DNA from: a virus
Length of the DNA: 64,000 nucleotides
Virus record (IMG/VR): IMGVR_UViG_3300035182_000466
Coordinates: 32,001 to 96,000 of that record
Reading direction: 5' to 3' (one strand)
Each line of letters starts with the position of its first letter. The first letter of the stretch is position 1. Positions 13,101 through 20,550 of the stretch are shown piece by piece. The translations under genes and the position numbers were made by a program. The notes beneath the pieces are model-generated. The model did not search any database. It had not been told where the DNA came from and saw only the letters and a list, made by a program, of their open reading frames with translations.

Positions 13101-14157
13101 AGTATGGCAATGTAAACTTTCTAATACTAACCAGGCTCCACAAGAAAATACTTATTGGACATTATTTGTTGCAAAAGGTGGAGGATTGTTTGCACGTGGT
13201 CCATGGGATATTTCTACTGAGTATAATCTAGACGACATTGTTACTTATGAAGGATCTACTTGGAGATCATTATTATTACATTCTGGAATTGCTCCAAATA
13301 GTAGTCCTACTACTTGGGAGAAATTAGCTGCTAAGGGCGACCCAGGTTTATACGGAAAAGGTGAGTATTCTGCTTCAACTACCTACAACTCCGGAGATCT
13401 TGTTAGTTACATGTATTCATCTTATGCCTGTAACTTTGACAACACTACTGGTTTTGTGCCTACAGATACAAGTAAATGGACGCTTGTTGCAGAGCAAGGA
13501 TTAGAAGGATGCTATTGGAAAGGTCAATGGAATTCAAATAATACATATATTATGGATGATGTTGTATTTGATTCTGGTGGAAGTTGGATTGCTTTACAGA
13601 CTAATGTTAATAAGCGTCCTAGTCTTGATGGTGGTTTAAATTGGGATAAATTTACTGAACCTGGGCAATCAACTGTTTCTGCATATTTAGATGGTGGCAC
13701 AATTGCTGAAGGTGATGGAGGTATCATTGGTGTATCAATTGATGACACTCAATTATCTGGTAGCTACTTAACTACTTGGAGTAGTGCTAAGATTTGGGAA
13801 ATGACGCAGAAGCCTAAGCTGTTTAATTACTCAGAAAAATTTATTGACTTAGGTAACTCAGGAGCAAATTGCGTACTTAATTTAGCAAACGCCAATGTAT
13901 TCAAAGTTCTATTAACAGCTAATTGTACTTTTTCTTTTACTGGAGCACAAATAGGTTCATTAACAAGTTTCTCTTTAATCATTCAAAATGACGCTACTCC
14001 CAATCGCACAATTAGTTGGCCCTTAAGTACTAAGTGGGAGTCTGCTATTATTCCCTATAGAACTACCGGTGCAAATGCTATTGATATTTGGACTTTCTTC
14101 TCATATGATGGAGGGAATACTTGGATTGGTAGTCTAACTATGGTAGATATAAGATAG
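1132..14157 (+). CDS. Giant repeat-rich fibre/adhesin (4341 aa): Mtd_N-like N-terminus, about 44 CBM5/12-like repeats, collagen triplets, duplicated Gly-rich cassettes
   Basis: RBS AAGGAG. N-terminus KLLIKRG...EGELILATDTGQLFIGDGKTAGG; ~50-aa units KG.W....Y..D.V.Y.GS.W...P...W; G-x-x triplets (KGDKGDRGDIGIQGPQG); C-terminal domain typical of phage fibres (FSLIIQ.D...R.ISWP...DI.TFFSYDGG.TWIG). Confidence 0.85.
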   Translation: MKLLIKRGLDTTRQLITFDEGELILATDTGQLFIGDGKTAGGIKISPSLKGLWSEKTFAVNDIVSNNGSSYFCKVAHTGTSLTEPGLGANWDQYWQLMSEKGEIGIQVKGDWDATQSYSVGDFVSYLGSAWVCKTPCVNVVPENGTYWILASEKGDRGLYPEGIWSNATNYKKDSIVVYNGEVFRSLVDNNKNSVPDKNAQNWEKFVSKGYTHKGEYQVATSYTNDDIVFYSGSTWRCISETTEAPDTTSSSWELVAGGIVVRGKWSNASNYQKNDIVEHAGSTWRSNSVNVTSEPSLNNTDWELVSGGIVAKGEWQDSIEYDINDIVAYSSSTWRAKVKTTSKPSKSNVDWELLSGGLSIKGDWDKNISYKLNDLVYHKGSSYLNNQDVNLGNEPSITDSTWSVLGKRGLYHRGAWSNATQYYAGDAVSYHGESWYALSDSLNITPAEGLTWTLLSSKGTIFKGQWVLTSEYKVDDLVTHNGSMWISLVDSTNSEPSLTNTDWLLVASKGDKGIQPIGQWSNSTNYVVGDFVNYLGSGYISKGNTPSGTLPTEESFWAKVVDKGDKGVYPQGQWSKSKTYKMDDIVVYNGQVFRSLIDNNLNIIPVGDSTWELFLYKGYTNKGVWNNSSVYQVDDLVVYASSLWRAITSGSNNNPAITKDTNWELVAGGITLRNAWDSNTAYKINDIVTYSNSTWLSKTENTNSEPTTSSSDWEVMTSGVSFAGTWASTSKFNKNDIVLYKGNSYISLISNNLNNEPSDLSSYWSLVAKKGIVARGAWSNITQYYAGDVVHYLGNSWYALNDSLNVIPVEGITWTLLASKGMSVKGQWLSGTSYLKDDVVFEDGSSWLALADNTNSRPVTGNSNWTLITQKGDKGIQVKGDWNETVTYELGDLVYYNGSGYVAKGSVAANVVPTDSENWSKIVSKGDKGDPGKNFTIAKVYASSLDLHSDVTPSNIEPGEFAIINTGNVEADEDARLYLWNGSSYQYITDMSGLQGIQGPRGMNHKGDYNVSYEYAKDDAVIYGGSYYVSLQDSNLSNLPITHPAYWAMVASKGDYGIKMRGEWNLSDIYTVHDSVSFNGSHWICIQDHSGIAPEENAYWTLLVHKGDAGVPGPQGAPGFNSLEVQYAGSQIGNSVSKVDFVGGGSNISYDAANAKIVIDIEGNTAGSMSWSNGADFVQGTKTEKIKIVGDSITLGYENGEYIEDCYSLVNANLSKTTIVSVGGELVSGKNGSNYLTSSTFTSVNVLSGKLNTLVESFSYVTTSIPDRCEAKLQFSQDGISWVSASGVVNEYTELLVGSNTLDLTALNYVTPNFYYKLTYLSDGTATPSVSDIRISYSPKVYASTNQTWTSNVITSRDYRSIKLTAFKAAWSVTAQNVKPRFRIAASDVEDFSSGVTYFPSAYLYYQNGSTAHIENGVWLDLSAVITSSKKYWKIIAVLNSGTDTNNAPVISQLDVSYLIDPVVPVMGKTFTSKGTWNINTPYVENDLVEYNGSLWYSETKNLGSTPSVISSDWGLFASKGDKGDKGDRGDIGIQGPQGIAGLIAKGEWSSGTTYGPFDVVQYANGIWKSKQTNNSNNIPSQSPDNWELLVQGMNVKSDWSSATSYAKNDLVTYANAVYCSLIDLNVNNVPVDGSKWKLLTQGLSAKGSWSSSTNYYYNDLVTYKGTTYRSITNNNLNNTPPINASDSNWDILSKRGLALRGVWSSLTQYYEGDVVSYNGQSFASIQNSLNVIPVEEEYWTLIASSGLADRGAWASGLTYEPNDLVFYDGSTWRCLAQNINVEPVQGTEWTIFARQGQIGPQGNIGPIGPKGDPGTNIVPMGIWNEWTTYPIDACVTYEGSAWRSLGTTTGDTPQLGSSAWEIFLEGSSAPERLSSTQNIWDKSLAFNNQNAIFTDGLQKPSVDNVIRLAQTGGTFYDAYSNFNNINAAQSSNYAYDVFKAGIGIKKEIDYGTGADGNITISANSNINVMMTNGRTQPDGISFNVTSLTSNTAVLSSVPNVGALNVNDEVILINLMGTPTNYSNVGNYEFLRVKSVSGSIITFQTNKTKFYGQNSLEDTNIGITPGTNQIVVIQRVPNYNNVTINSGVSLTCNNWNELLGGIIAFRVSGSLSNFGVITAEGKGYLGGAFPGNSTGEGPGYKNFGSTGITYSAIGGGSDTNSYVNFSYVNSRGGGGGYRTQGICCANFNINPTSIDPYGTTYGDDYLIKLYFGSGGGIAYNGSATVNGGNGGGIVFIGANSISLLGSILSPGTSGSTTLTGYCDPGAGAGGSILIKTISLITGTNILNTKGAAQLDSANIWNDSIFGGSGIAAVYYKNKSGAITSSGTTKEYPILEYSTSSVVSSINLLASPTTVTNIKKYNYTMSQLPNGTTAKIQFSKDGTSWYNSSGIQNQSNLMNTGSRSIDLTNLGWTGKNLYTKITLTSDGTGTPIIQNYTIEFDPIIYTSSEQSWTSNTINAPLNQEHRLKYMSIIWNYAENDFAVNPKFQLLASNTGAFSGEETIFPAGIGTYFQEGGTYDFHPGEEVDLTQLTQTGFKYYRVKAYLVAGGDYSDTPEITSIEIGLMGQPTLNLVNRGSWNNAVNYSVGDIVTDNGILWRCLVNNTNSQPTATNSNWQLYLTKGLSYKGTYSAAVSYILDDIVEYHGQLYKALKTTTGNTPVEGSNWTILLDSLKYVGAWNSSTLYAGSDVVTYHGQLWKALATSTNVIPVEGANWTLLNNGLNITGTWNSATAYAANDIVVYANSIWKCNSNNTNSIPSVDNVSNWTLYAGGLAAKSEWSSVANYQINDLVTYSGTTWRCTQANTNQTPSVGAYWEIFAAKGEKGDASTIPGPQGIQGIPGLSGSGLTFKGPWDFSVEYSQDDCVEYLGSAWRSVANSNSNNYPDSSSSWELFVQGANSPTRVSTNTKVWNGSLAFNAKGTIFSTGIESPSIDGKLKLEYESGLFKEKFENYFKLDSAITSNIIIRSGRVEIKPNIDYGTGLDGNIIISSNSNINTMMTNGRTVADGIAYNVTSLTATQATCSATVLGIAEGDEVLLINLQGPNGGSYVNVGNYETLRIKSIVNNIVTFATNKQKYYGNGVSDDTNIGTATSNQRVILQRIPNYNNVTINSGVTLTCNGWDGQKGGIVVFKSAGTLTNNGTIDVSGKGYSGGNATIGEGLNGIGGLGGGGYYTYGYSSGTFSGGAGGNVIAGAGGYGATPGGSSYNTSLNNEKLYFGAGGGSSKGSSYGNTGVGGSGGGIVLISSYAIGASSLITAKGAAGTVGVYSGMFAQGGGGAGGTILINTLTLTLGTNSSDASGSPTYSQGSYGRIVYNYSTKSGTISAASLLKENVVTLYPLSATLKSVNVLSSYASVTDIQSFKYYLPQLPANTSATIQFSQNETSWYSSTGVINTTDTLLSGNNTIDLSSLLWTGSNLYYKIVFTSDGKDTPSLDTILVNFAPVYYYSSEQYWESDKFIAPTNSEHSLASLKVTIQKATNDVAITPRFQILGSQTGVFLGEETVLPSISTYLEESSAISTSPDYEWDLTSISNKFKYWKVRSYLASGGDLLDSPTISNIQLKLVGTPTVNLVSRGTWNNTDQYYADDIVIYKNSLWRAKVDNLNQTPVEGSTWTLYLQGMNNTGVWNSGTIYDKNDIVTFHGQTWRALQLNSNQEPAENTYWTMYAGGQNFVGTWIDSVNYKVADIVTYRGNTWRCISNHTSVAGTPPIEGANWTIYSSGINNMGQWSSTTQYTLNDVVQYANGYWRCKTLHTNQIPADGTYWESIARGIYNQKGTWSAATQYAVDDVVSYSSGVWHCLVANINSAPTNTNSNWESIAQGYTDKGVWSSASAYLFNDVVTYGGSKYRCILANTNQVPSSADTYWQVYIQGQDFKGAWSAATAYKKQDMVQFGGQVYIALQDGTNQKPSTANTYWSIYNKGVEFKGTWNNATTYEPGQVIVNGGTAWYCLTTNVNSAPVEGANWTLYGRGVVAKGSWSNSAVYAVDDLVSYEGQVWQCKLSNTNQAPQENTYWTLFVAKGGGLFARGPWDISTEYNLDDIVTYEGSTWRSLLLHSGIAPNSSPTTWEKLAAKGDPGLYGKGEYSASTTYNSGDLVSYMYSSYACNFDNTTGFVPTDTSKWTLVAEQGLEGCYWKGQWNSNNTYIMDDVVFDSGGSWIALQTNVNKRPSLDGGLNWDKFTEPGQSTVSAYLDGGTIAEGDGGIIGVSIDDTQLSGSYLTTWSSAKIWEMTQKPKLFNYSEKFIDLGNSGANCVLNLANANVFKVLLTANCTFSFTGAQIGSLTSFSLIIQNDATPNRTISWPLSTKWESAIIPYRTTGANAIDIWTFFSYDGGNTWIGSLTMVDIR

Positions 14158-14174
14158 AAGTTATAGATAAATTG

Positions 14175-14203
14175 GAGGAGAGCACTAAATCTGTGTTCTC
14201 CTC
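14175..14203 (+). terminator. Intergenic hairpin after the giant fibre gene
   Basis: GAGGAGAGCAC / GTGTTCTCCTC, an 11-bp stem with one G-U pair; it lies upstream of the true start of the next gene. Confidence 0.5.
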
Positions 14204-14219
14204 TACTAAAGGAGTTAGT

Positions 14220-15248
14220 ATGCTATCTGCACTAAAATTTGCTTTAAAACTACAACAACCTAGTATTTCAAATAGAGTATCCTCTGTAAATGGTCTATTT
14301 AATAGTAATCAATATAACTTAAATACTTCTCAGGTATCTGTTCCGTCTCCATGGTCGATTGCTACTGATTTTCCTGTTGAACTTGGAAATAGCTATGGTG
14401 ATGGATTGGTTGCTGGTAATAAAGCTTATATTGTTGCAGGCTACCAATCCAGTGTTTATTCAGCAACAATATTAGATAATGGTACTTTATCAAGTTGGTC
14501 TAATGTTAGTACATATCCTATTGCTGACATCAGAGGTGGAGCATGTTTTATAGCGTATAATAGGTTATTCTATTTAGGGGGCGTTAATTCTTCTAATAAT
14601 GGATATTCTTTATGTTATAATAATTTATTAAATCCAGATTATACTTTGTCATCTTGGACGCAACTAGCTAGCTTGCCAGTAGGTCTTTACTATAGTAGTT
14701 ATATCTTGACAAGAAAAGGAATATATATTTTAGGTGGGAAGCAAAATCCATATGTTAGTAATAGAAATATTTATTTCTCTAAGATTTTAAAAACTGGAAT
14801 AATAAGTAGTTGGGAGACTGTAGGAACTACCTCCTTTGATGTAATGAAAGTATTGGCAGTTATTGGTAATAAAGTATATATAACTGATAATAGTGACACA
14901 CTTAAAATATATAAAGTTACTATATCTAATGATGGCTCTTTATCCTCGTTCTCTTTTTATGCTAATTGCCCGATACCTTCATACAATATATTTCAAAATA
15001 GAATTTTAGTTACTAGAACAAAACTATATGTATTTGGTCCATATCAGCAAATATATCAATCACCTATTGATGGATCTGGTAATATAGGTGATTTTACTAT
15101 TGCTGGATATCTGCCAGATGCTATATCAAGAGGACCTAGTATAATCACAACCGCTACTAAAATTTATTTAATGGGTATATTTTGGAATCATACAAACTAC
15201 TATTATGCTCCTTTTTCTGGTGGGTTAAATGAATATCCAACTTATTAA
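14220..15248 (+). CDS. Kelch-like beta-propeller virion protein
   Basis: Start reassigned to ATG 14220 (AAGGAG upstream). Repeated Y.LGG / YIVAG ... G.LSSW blades. Confidence 0.7.
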   Translation: MLSALKFALKLQQPSISNRVSSVNGLFNSNQYNLNTSQVSVPSPWSIATDFPVELGNSYGDGLVAGNKAYIVAGYQSSVYSATILDNGTLSSWSNVSTYPIADIRGGACFIAYNRLFYLGGVNSSNNGYSLCYNNLLNPDYTLSSWTQLASLPVGLYYSSYILTRKGIYILGGKQNPYVSNRNIYFSKILKTGIISSWETVGTTSFDVMKVLAVIGNKVYITDNSDTLKIYKVTISNDGSLSSFSFYANCPIPSYNIFQNRILVTRTKLYVFGPYQQIYQSPIDGSGNIGDFTIAGYLPDAISRGPSIITTATKIYLMGIFWNHTNYYYAPFSGGLNEYPTY

Positions 15249-15283
15249 TAATTTATGTATATATAAAATAATGTGAGGTTCAC

Positions 15284-17194
15284 ATGGCAAAATTAAAAAT
15301 TAAACGTGGAACAGACGCAGAAAGACTTCCAGTAGTCTTTGAGGTAGGAGAGCCAGTATGGACCACAGATACAAAGAAATTATATGTTGGTGATGGTCAA
15401 ACACCTGGAGGTATACAGGCAGGACTATTAACTACATTAATTTCGTGGAAAGGTGACTGGGATTCTAGTTTTCAGTACACCGAACATTCAGCCGTTTATT
15501 ACAATGGTGGTTCTTGGTTGGCTTTAATTCCTAGTTTAAACGTACAACCTGTAGAAGGAGAATATTGGACGCAAATTGCACGTAGAGGTGATCAAGGTAT
15601 TCAAGGACCAAAAGGAGATGCTGGACTTGGTTTTGCTATTAAAAAGACTTATACTACTGTAGCTTCGTTACTAGCTGATACTAATCCTACTGGTATAGTA
15701 AATGGAGAGTTTGCAATAGTCAATACTATTGATCCAAATGATGAAGAGAACTCAAGATTATACCTTTGGAATAATGGCTGGACTTATGTATCAGACTTAT
15801 CTGGTGCTCAAGGTATTAAAGGTGACAAAGGTGATAAAGGTCTACAGTATCAAGGTGCTTGGCTAAATACTACCAGTTATGTTGTAGATGACGTAGTTGT
15901 TTATAATGGTTCATCTTTTATTTGTATCCAAGCAAATACTAATCAGACTCCACAATCTGGAAACTATTGGAGTTTGGTTGCATCAAAAGGTGATAAAGGT
16001 AATGTTGGTGCACAATTCAGAGGTGTATATTCATCTAACACTACTTATGTAGTAAATGATATAGTAACCTATAACGGTTCTTCTTATATCGCTCTTAAAG
16101 AAACCTTAAATGTTGAGCCTGCAGAAAACTCTGATTGGTCTGTTCTAGCAAAACAAGGTAATGCAGGACTATCGCATAAAGGACAATGGGTTCCTGCAAC
16201 AACCTATGTAACTGGAGATTCAGTTACATTTAATGGAAGTTCATATATTTGTATACAAGATAATACTTCTGCTACTATTGATAGTACAACATCTATACCA
16301 GCTATGACTTCTAATACTACTCCATCTGGTACTGTAGATGCTTCAAGCTCTTATGATAGTAATCATTTACCATTTTATGCTGTAGATAATTCAAACACAA
16401 CTTTCTGGAACTCTACCCTTTCAAGTCCTCCACATTCTTGGCAATATACTTTTACTTCTGTAAAAGTTATAGCTCGTTATTCTATTGATGTACAAACTCA
16501 TACAAGTCAAGGTCCTAAGTCATGGTTATTTCAAGGGCTTTCTGGTGCAAACTGGGTCACTATTGAAACTCGAACAAACGTAACCAACTGGGCTTCTAAT
16601 CCTAAACAAACATTTGATATAGCAAGTCCACAAGGTTATACCTCATTTAGATTTTTGTTTAATGATTCAAACTCTTCCAATGGAGATATTGCAATCCATA
16701 ATATTGAGATGTTTAATATGCCTGGAGCAAATGTTCCTACTAATCCAGCTGTTTGGAGTTTGCTAGCCTCAAAAGGAGATACTGGATTAGGCTTTTCTAT
16801 TAAGAAGATTTACTTGTCTGTTGCCTCTTTACTAGCAGATACTAATCCTTCTAACATTGGAATTGATGAACATGCAATAATTCAAAGTAACACAGAAGAT
16901 CCTGATAATGCTAAATTGTATAGATGGTCAGGAACAAATTGGATTTATCTAGCTGATTTATCTGGAGTTTCTACTCATAGTGAACTATCTAACTTACAGG
17001 GAGGTCAGGCAGGAGAACGTTATCATCTAACTCAAGTTCAACATGATTCTTTAGTATCTGGTGAATCTACCAGTATTCACTTTCACGATTTAGACAGAGA
17101 CAGAGCTAATCACACTGGTACACAGTTATCTACTACAATTTCAGATTTTACAGAGGCAGTTCAATCTATTCCGACCGACGGCGGATATTTCTAA
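15284..17194 (+). CDS. Fibre protein: Mtd_N-like N-terminus, CBM5/12-like repeats, collagen triplets, discoidin (F5/8C)-like domain
   Basis: AKLKIKRG...GEPVWTTDTKKLYVGDG; the same W/Y repeats as the giant protein; IPAMTSNTTPSG...ASS...PKSW.FQG...W discoidin-like segment; ends in DGGYF. Confidence 0.8.
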   Translation: MAKLKIKRGTDAERLPVVFEVGEPVWTTDTKKLYVGDGQTPGGIQAGLLTTLISWKGDWDSSFQYTEHSAVYYNGGSWLALIPSLNVQPVEGEYWTQIARRGDQGIQGPKGDAGLGFAIKKTYTTVASLLADTNPTGIVNGEFAIVNTIDPNDEENSRLYLWNNGWTYVSDLSGAQGIKGDKGDKGLQYQGAWLNTTSYVVDDVVVYNGSSFICIQANTNQTPQSGNYWSLVASKGDKGNVGAQFRGVYSSNTTYVVNDIVTYNGSSYIALKETLNVEPAENSDWSVLAKQGNAGLSHKGQWVPATTYVTGDSVTFNGSSYICIQDNTSATIDSTTSIPAMTSNTTPSGTVDASSSYDSNHLPFYAVDNSNTTFWNSTLSSPPHSWQYTFTSVKVIARYSIDVQTHTSQGPKSWLFQGLSGANWVTIETRTNVTNWASNPKQTFDIASPQGYTSFRFLFNDSNSSNGDIAIHNIEMFNMPGANVPTNPAVWSLLASKGDTGLGFSIKKIYLSVASLLADTNPSNIGIDEHAIIQSNTEDPDNAKLYRWSGTNWIYLADLSGVSTHSELSNLQGGQAGERYHLTQVQHDSLVSGESTSIHFHDLDRDRANHTGTQLSTTISDFTEAVQSIPTDGGYF

Positions 17195-17209
17195 CAAAGG
17201 AGAAACAAA

Positions 17210-18511
17210 ATGAGTTTAATCAAAATTAAGCGTAGTACAACGACCTTAGTTCCATCATCATTAGCAGAAGGCGAATTAGCTTATTCAGAACTTAGTGATA
17301 AGTTATTTATTGGTAAATCTGGTAATAACATGGCTGTAATTGGTGGTTCTGGTGAATTTGCAAAAGTAATTGGACAAACTTTTATTGATCCAGAAGCAAA
17401 CACTCCTTCTACTTCAGACAATAGTAATAAACTTGCTACTACTCAGTATGTAAAAGCTCAAGGGTATATAACTAGCAATGCTGCTATTACTGTATCAGGT
17501 GACGCTACTGGTACTGGTACTACTTCAATAGCATTGACATTAGCAGATACTGGCGTAGTAGCTGGTGATTACTATAAGGTAAATGTAGATTCAAAAGGCC
17601 GTGTACTAAGTGGATATAATGCATTAGTTCCTAATGATATTCCAGTTTTAACTTCTGCAAAAATTTCTGACTTTAATACTCAAGTACGTATCAATAGGCT
17701 TGATCAGTTGGCTATGCCACAAGCTACAGTAGACATGAATAATCAACGTCTTACTGGCTTACCTGTACCTACTCAAAACTCTGATGCTGCTACTAAGCAA
17801 TATGTTGATTATGTAGCTCAAGGACTGGATGTAAAGCAGTCAGTTCTCGTAGCAACTACTGAAAATATTAGTCTTAATGACGTTCAGACAATTGATAACG
17901 TAACGTTAACTGCTGGTGAAAGAGTACTAGTAAAAAATCAGACCAATGCTGTTGAGAATGGTATTTATGTAGTTGTGGCTGGTGGAGCATGGGTACGTTC
18001 TAATGATTGTAACAACTCTGGTGTAGCTTCTGTAACTTCTGGTGTATATGTTTTCGTTGAAACTGGTGATATTGGTATTGGTACTGGTTGGGTTATTACT
18101 ACACCAAATAGTGCTACTTATTCTATAAATAATGTACCTGCTATTGAACTTGGAGTACAAGCTATTCATTGGACACAGTTTAACGGCGCTGGTGGTGTTA
18201 CAAGTGCAGCAGGTCCTGGCTTGTGGATAAATTCAGGTGAACTATCTGTAGGTGCTGGCCCTGGAATTGAAGTAACTGCAAATGCTGTTCAAATTTCTGC
18301 CACCTACGCTGGTCAAACCAGTATTAATACTATTGGAACTGTAACAACTGGTACTTGGAAAGGAACAGCTATTGACGTAGCTTATGGTGGTACTGGTAAC
18401 TCAAGTCTTTCAGGTATCCTTAAAGGTAATGGAACCTCCGCAATACAATCTGCTGTTGCAGGGGTAGATTTCTTAGCTCCTGAGTCAGAGATAGACGGCG
18501 GAACATTCTAA
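17210..18511 (+). CDS. Fibre/appendage protein
   Basis: IKIKRS...LAEGELAYSE...LFIG N-terminus; DAATKQYVD; GERVLVKNQTNAVENGIY domain common in phage fibres; ends in IDGGTF. Confidence 0.8.
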   Translation: MSLIKIKRSTTTLVPSSLAEGELAYSELSDKLFIGKSGNNMAVIGGSGEFAKVIGQTFIDPEANTPSTSDNSNKLATTQYVKAQGYITSNAAITVSGDATGTGTTSIALTLADTGVVAGDYYKVNVDSKGRVLSGYNALVPNDIPVLTSAKISDFNTQVRINRLDQLAMPQATVDMNNQRLTGLPVPTQNSDAATKQYVDYVAQGLDVKQSVLVATTENISLNDVQTIDNVTLTAGERVLVKNQTNAVENGIYVVVAGGAWVRSNDCNNSGVASVTSGVYVFVETGDIGIGTGWVITTPNSATYSINNVPAIELGVQAIHWTQFNGAGGVTSAAGPGLWINSGELSVGAGPGIEVTANAVQISATYAGQTSINTIGTVTTGTWKGTAIDVAYGGTGNSSLSGILKGNGTSAIQSAVAGVDFLAPESEIDGGTF

Positions 18512-18523
18512 GTATAAATTAAA

Positions 18524-18556
18524 AGTAGGTAGGGAGATTTTATTTCCCTACCTACT
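18524..18556 (+). terminator. Intergenic hairpin, probable terminator
   Basis: Perfect 12-bp stem AGTAGGTAGGGA / TCCCTACCTACT starting 13 nt after the stop at 18511. Confidence 0.6.
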
Positions 18557-18765
18557 GTAGTAAAGTTAGTATAACCAATTAGAGTATATAGCTGTTTATT
18601 AATCTTCTAGGTACTATCTATAGCAGAATAGAGGAACCTACATGATTACAAAACACATAATACTTGTATTGGTATAACTTCTAATTATCCCGTATATCTT
18701 CCTCCTGTAGATGATGATGCTAATAAGATAATTATATGGTAGTAGAAAACATCTAAAATAAAATG

Positions 18766-18783
18766 TCTTAGTATATACTAAGA
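18766..18783. promoter_or_regulatory. Perfect 18-bp palindrome, possible operator
   Basis: TCTTAGTATATACTAAGA is its own reverse complement and lies about 30 nt upstream of ATG 18814. Confidence 0.35.
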
Positions 18784-18813
18784 AGCATAACTAAGAAGAA
18801 AAGGAGAATCCAC

Positions 18814-20550
18814 ATGGCTGTAGTAAAATTAAAGAGGTCTTCAGTTCCTAATAAAGCACCATTAACAACAGATCTAGAATTAGGTGAATTAGCTATTAAC
18901 ACGTATGATGGTAGAGTATATGTAAAAAAGAATAATGGAGCCGAGTCTATTATAGAACTTGGAACCGATGCAACAAGACTAATACAAGATTCTAGTCATA
19001 GACTTGTTACAGATTTGCAGATAGCAGCGTGGGAAGAAAAGCAAGATGGATTAAATTCTACTGTAGATATTGCATTTAAAGACGCGGTAGTATATGGAAC
19101 AATAATTCCGGATCAATCTAATGCAAGAAATATAGGTAGCGAAACTAACAGGTTTAAAGAAGCTTGGATTGATACCTTACATATCGCTAGTAATACATTA
19201 TACTTAGGAGAAACATCTGTTTTAGGGACTGATACTCTAGGCATAAATCTTCAAGGTAATTTAGATCAAAATGTAATTGTTAAAGCTAACGGTTCAGGTA
19301 TAGCAAAATTACTTTCTTCAGCTGGTTCTGAAGTTATTGCTACTGGTTCAAACGCAGATGCAAAACTTCAAGCAACAGGAACTGGCGGTCGAGTTGTTTT
19401 AGGTTCAAATACTGAGATACAATTAACTGCACCAGATATTACTATTAATGGTAATATCGGATTAATAGGTAATCAACAAGTACAGAATTTAACTGTTACT
19501 GGAATATTTACTGTTTCTGGAACAACTACTTCAGTAAACTCTACTAATATGGACATAAAGGACAACATAGTCCTTTTAAACTCAGGTGAAGCAAACTCAG
19601 GTGTAAGTCTTGGAACTGCAGGATTAAGAATAGATAGAGGACAGCTTGTTGATGAGTTGCTAGTTTTTGATGAGTCTTCTCAAAAATGGAAAACAGGTCC
19701 ATATGGTGGAACCTTAAATAATATAGCTACTGAGAGTTATGTAGACTCAGGACTGTCTAAAATAGTTCAAGCTCCTGTTATAAAAGATGAAAACGTAGCA
19801 TTAACTCATAGATCAAATTTAAATTTTACTGGTTCTAGTGTTACAGTTGTTGATGATGAAGCATCAGATACTTTAAATGTAAGTATTTCCGGTGGAAATG
19901 TATCTATTAATTTAGATTATGAATCTCAATTTTCTCAGTTTGTAGTTCCTACTTCATCTATCACTACAGTGTATACTGCTTCAACTGCTAAGAAACAACT
20001 TAAAGATATAATGATTTGCAATCAGTCCTCAACTACTTCATCTTTTATCGATCTTGCTTTAGTTTTGAATGGTGAGACTTTAAGTGCTAAAAACTATATT
20101 CTAAAGTCTTATGAAGTTAAACCTAATGAAACTCTACATATATCTTGTAAGACAATACTTCCAATTAATAGTACCATTCAGATGTTATCCACGCAGTCTA
20201 CTTCTTGTTGTATAAATGGTAACGTGGGTAGTAACTTAGAAAATACTACATTTTTAGCTCAAGATAATTTAACTACTTCAATGGCTTCTATTTTTACCGC
20301 AAGTCAAAAAACTTTAGCTAAAGAGATTATTCTTTGTAATAATACAGCTAATGCTGTAACAGTAGATATAGCTGTAGTTCAATCTGGTGATTCCTTAGGA
20401 ACGAAGAACTATATCTTCAAGTCACTTGAAGTACTTGCTAACGATACTAAGTATATTAGTACATCATTAATGATTGGAATAAACGGTAGTATTTATATGA
20501 GTGCATCTTCAGCCAATTCAATTAGTACAACTATCTCTGGCATTATATAA
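18814..20550 (+). CDS. Fibre/appendage protein with two tandem C-terminal beta-domains
   Basis: VKLKRS...LELGELAINTYDGRVY; G.TT.VNSTN.DIKDNIVLLN motif; two similar ~100-aa units (K.I.ICN...DLA.V..G..L..KNYI.KS.EV..N.T). Confidence 0.75.
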   Translation: MAVVKLKRSSVPNKAPLTTDLELGELAINTYDGRVYVKKNNGAESIIELGTDATRLIQDSSHRLVTDLQIAAWEEKQDGLNSTVDIAFKDAVVYGTIIPDQSNARNIGSETNRFKEAWIDTLHIASNTLYLGETSVLGTDTLGINLQGNLDQNVIVKANGSGIAKLLSSAGSEVIATGSNADAKLQATGTGGRVVLGSNTEIQLTAPDITINGNIGLIGNQQVQNLTVTGIFTVSGTTTSVNSTNMDIKDNIVLLNSGEANSGVSLGTAGLRIDRGQLVDELLVFDESSQKWKTGPYGGTLNNIATESYVDSGLSKIVQAPVIKDENVALTHRSNLNFTGSSVTVVDDEASDTLNVSISGGNVSINLDYESQFSQFVVPTSSITTVYTASTAKKQLKDIMICNQSSTTSSFIDLALVLNGETLSAKNYILKSYEVKPNETLHISCKTILPINSTIQMLSTQSTSCCINGNVGSNLENTTFLAQDNLTTSMASIFTASQKTLAKEIILCNNTANAVTVDIAVVQSGDSLGTKNYIFKSLEVLANDTKYISTSLMIGINGSIYMSASSANSISTTISGII

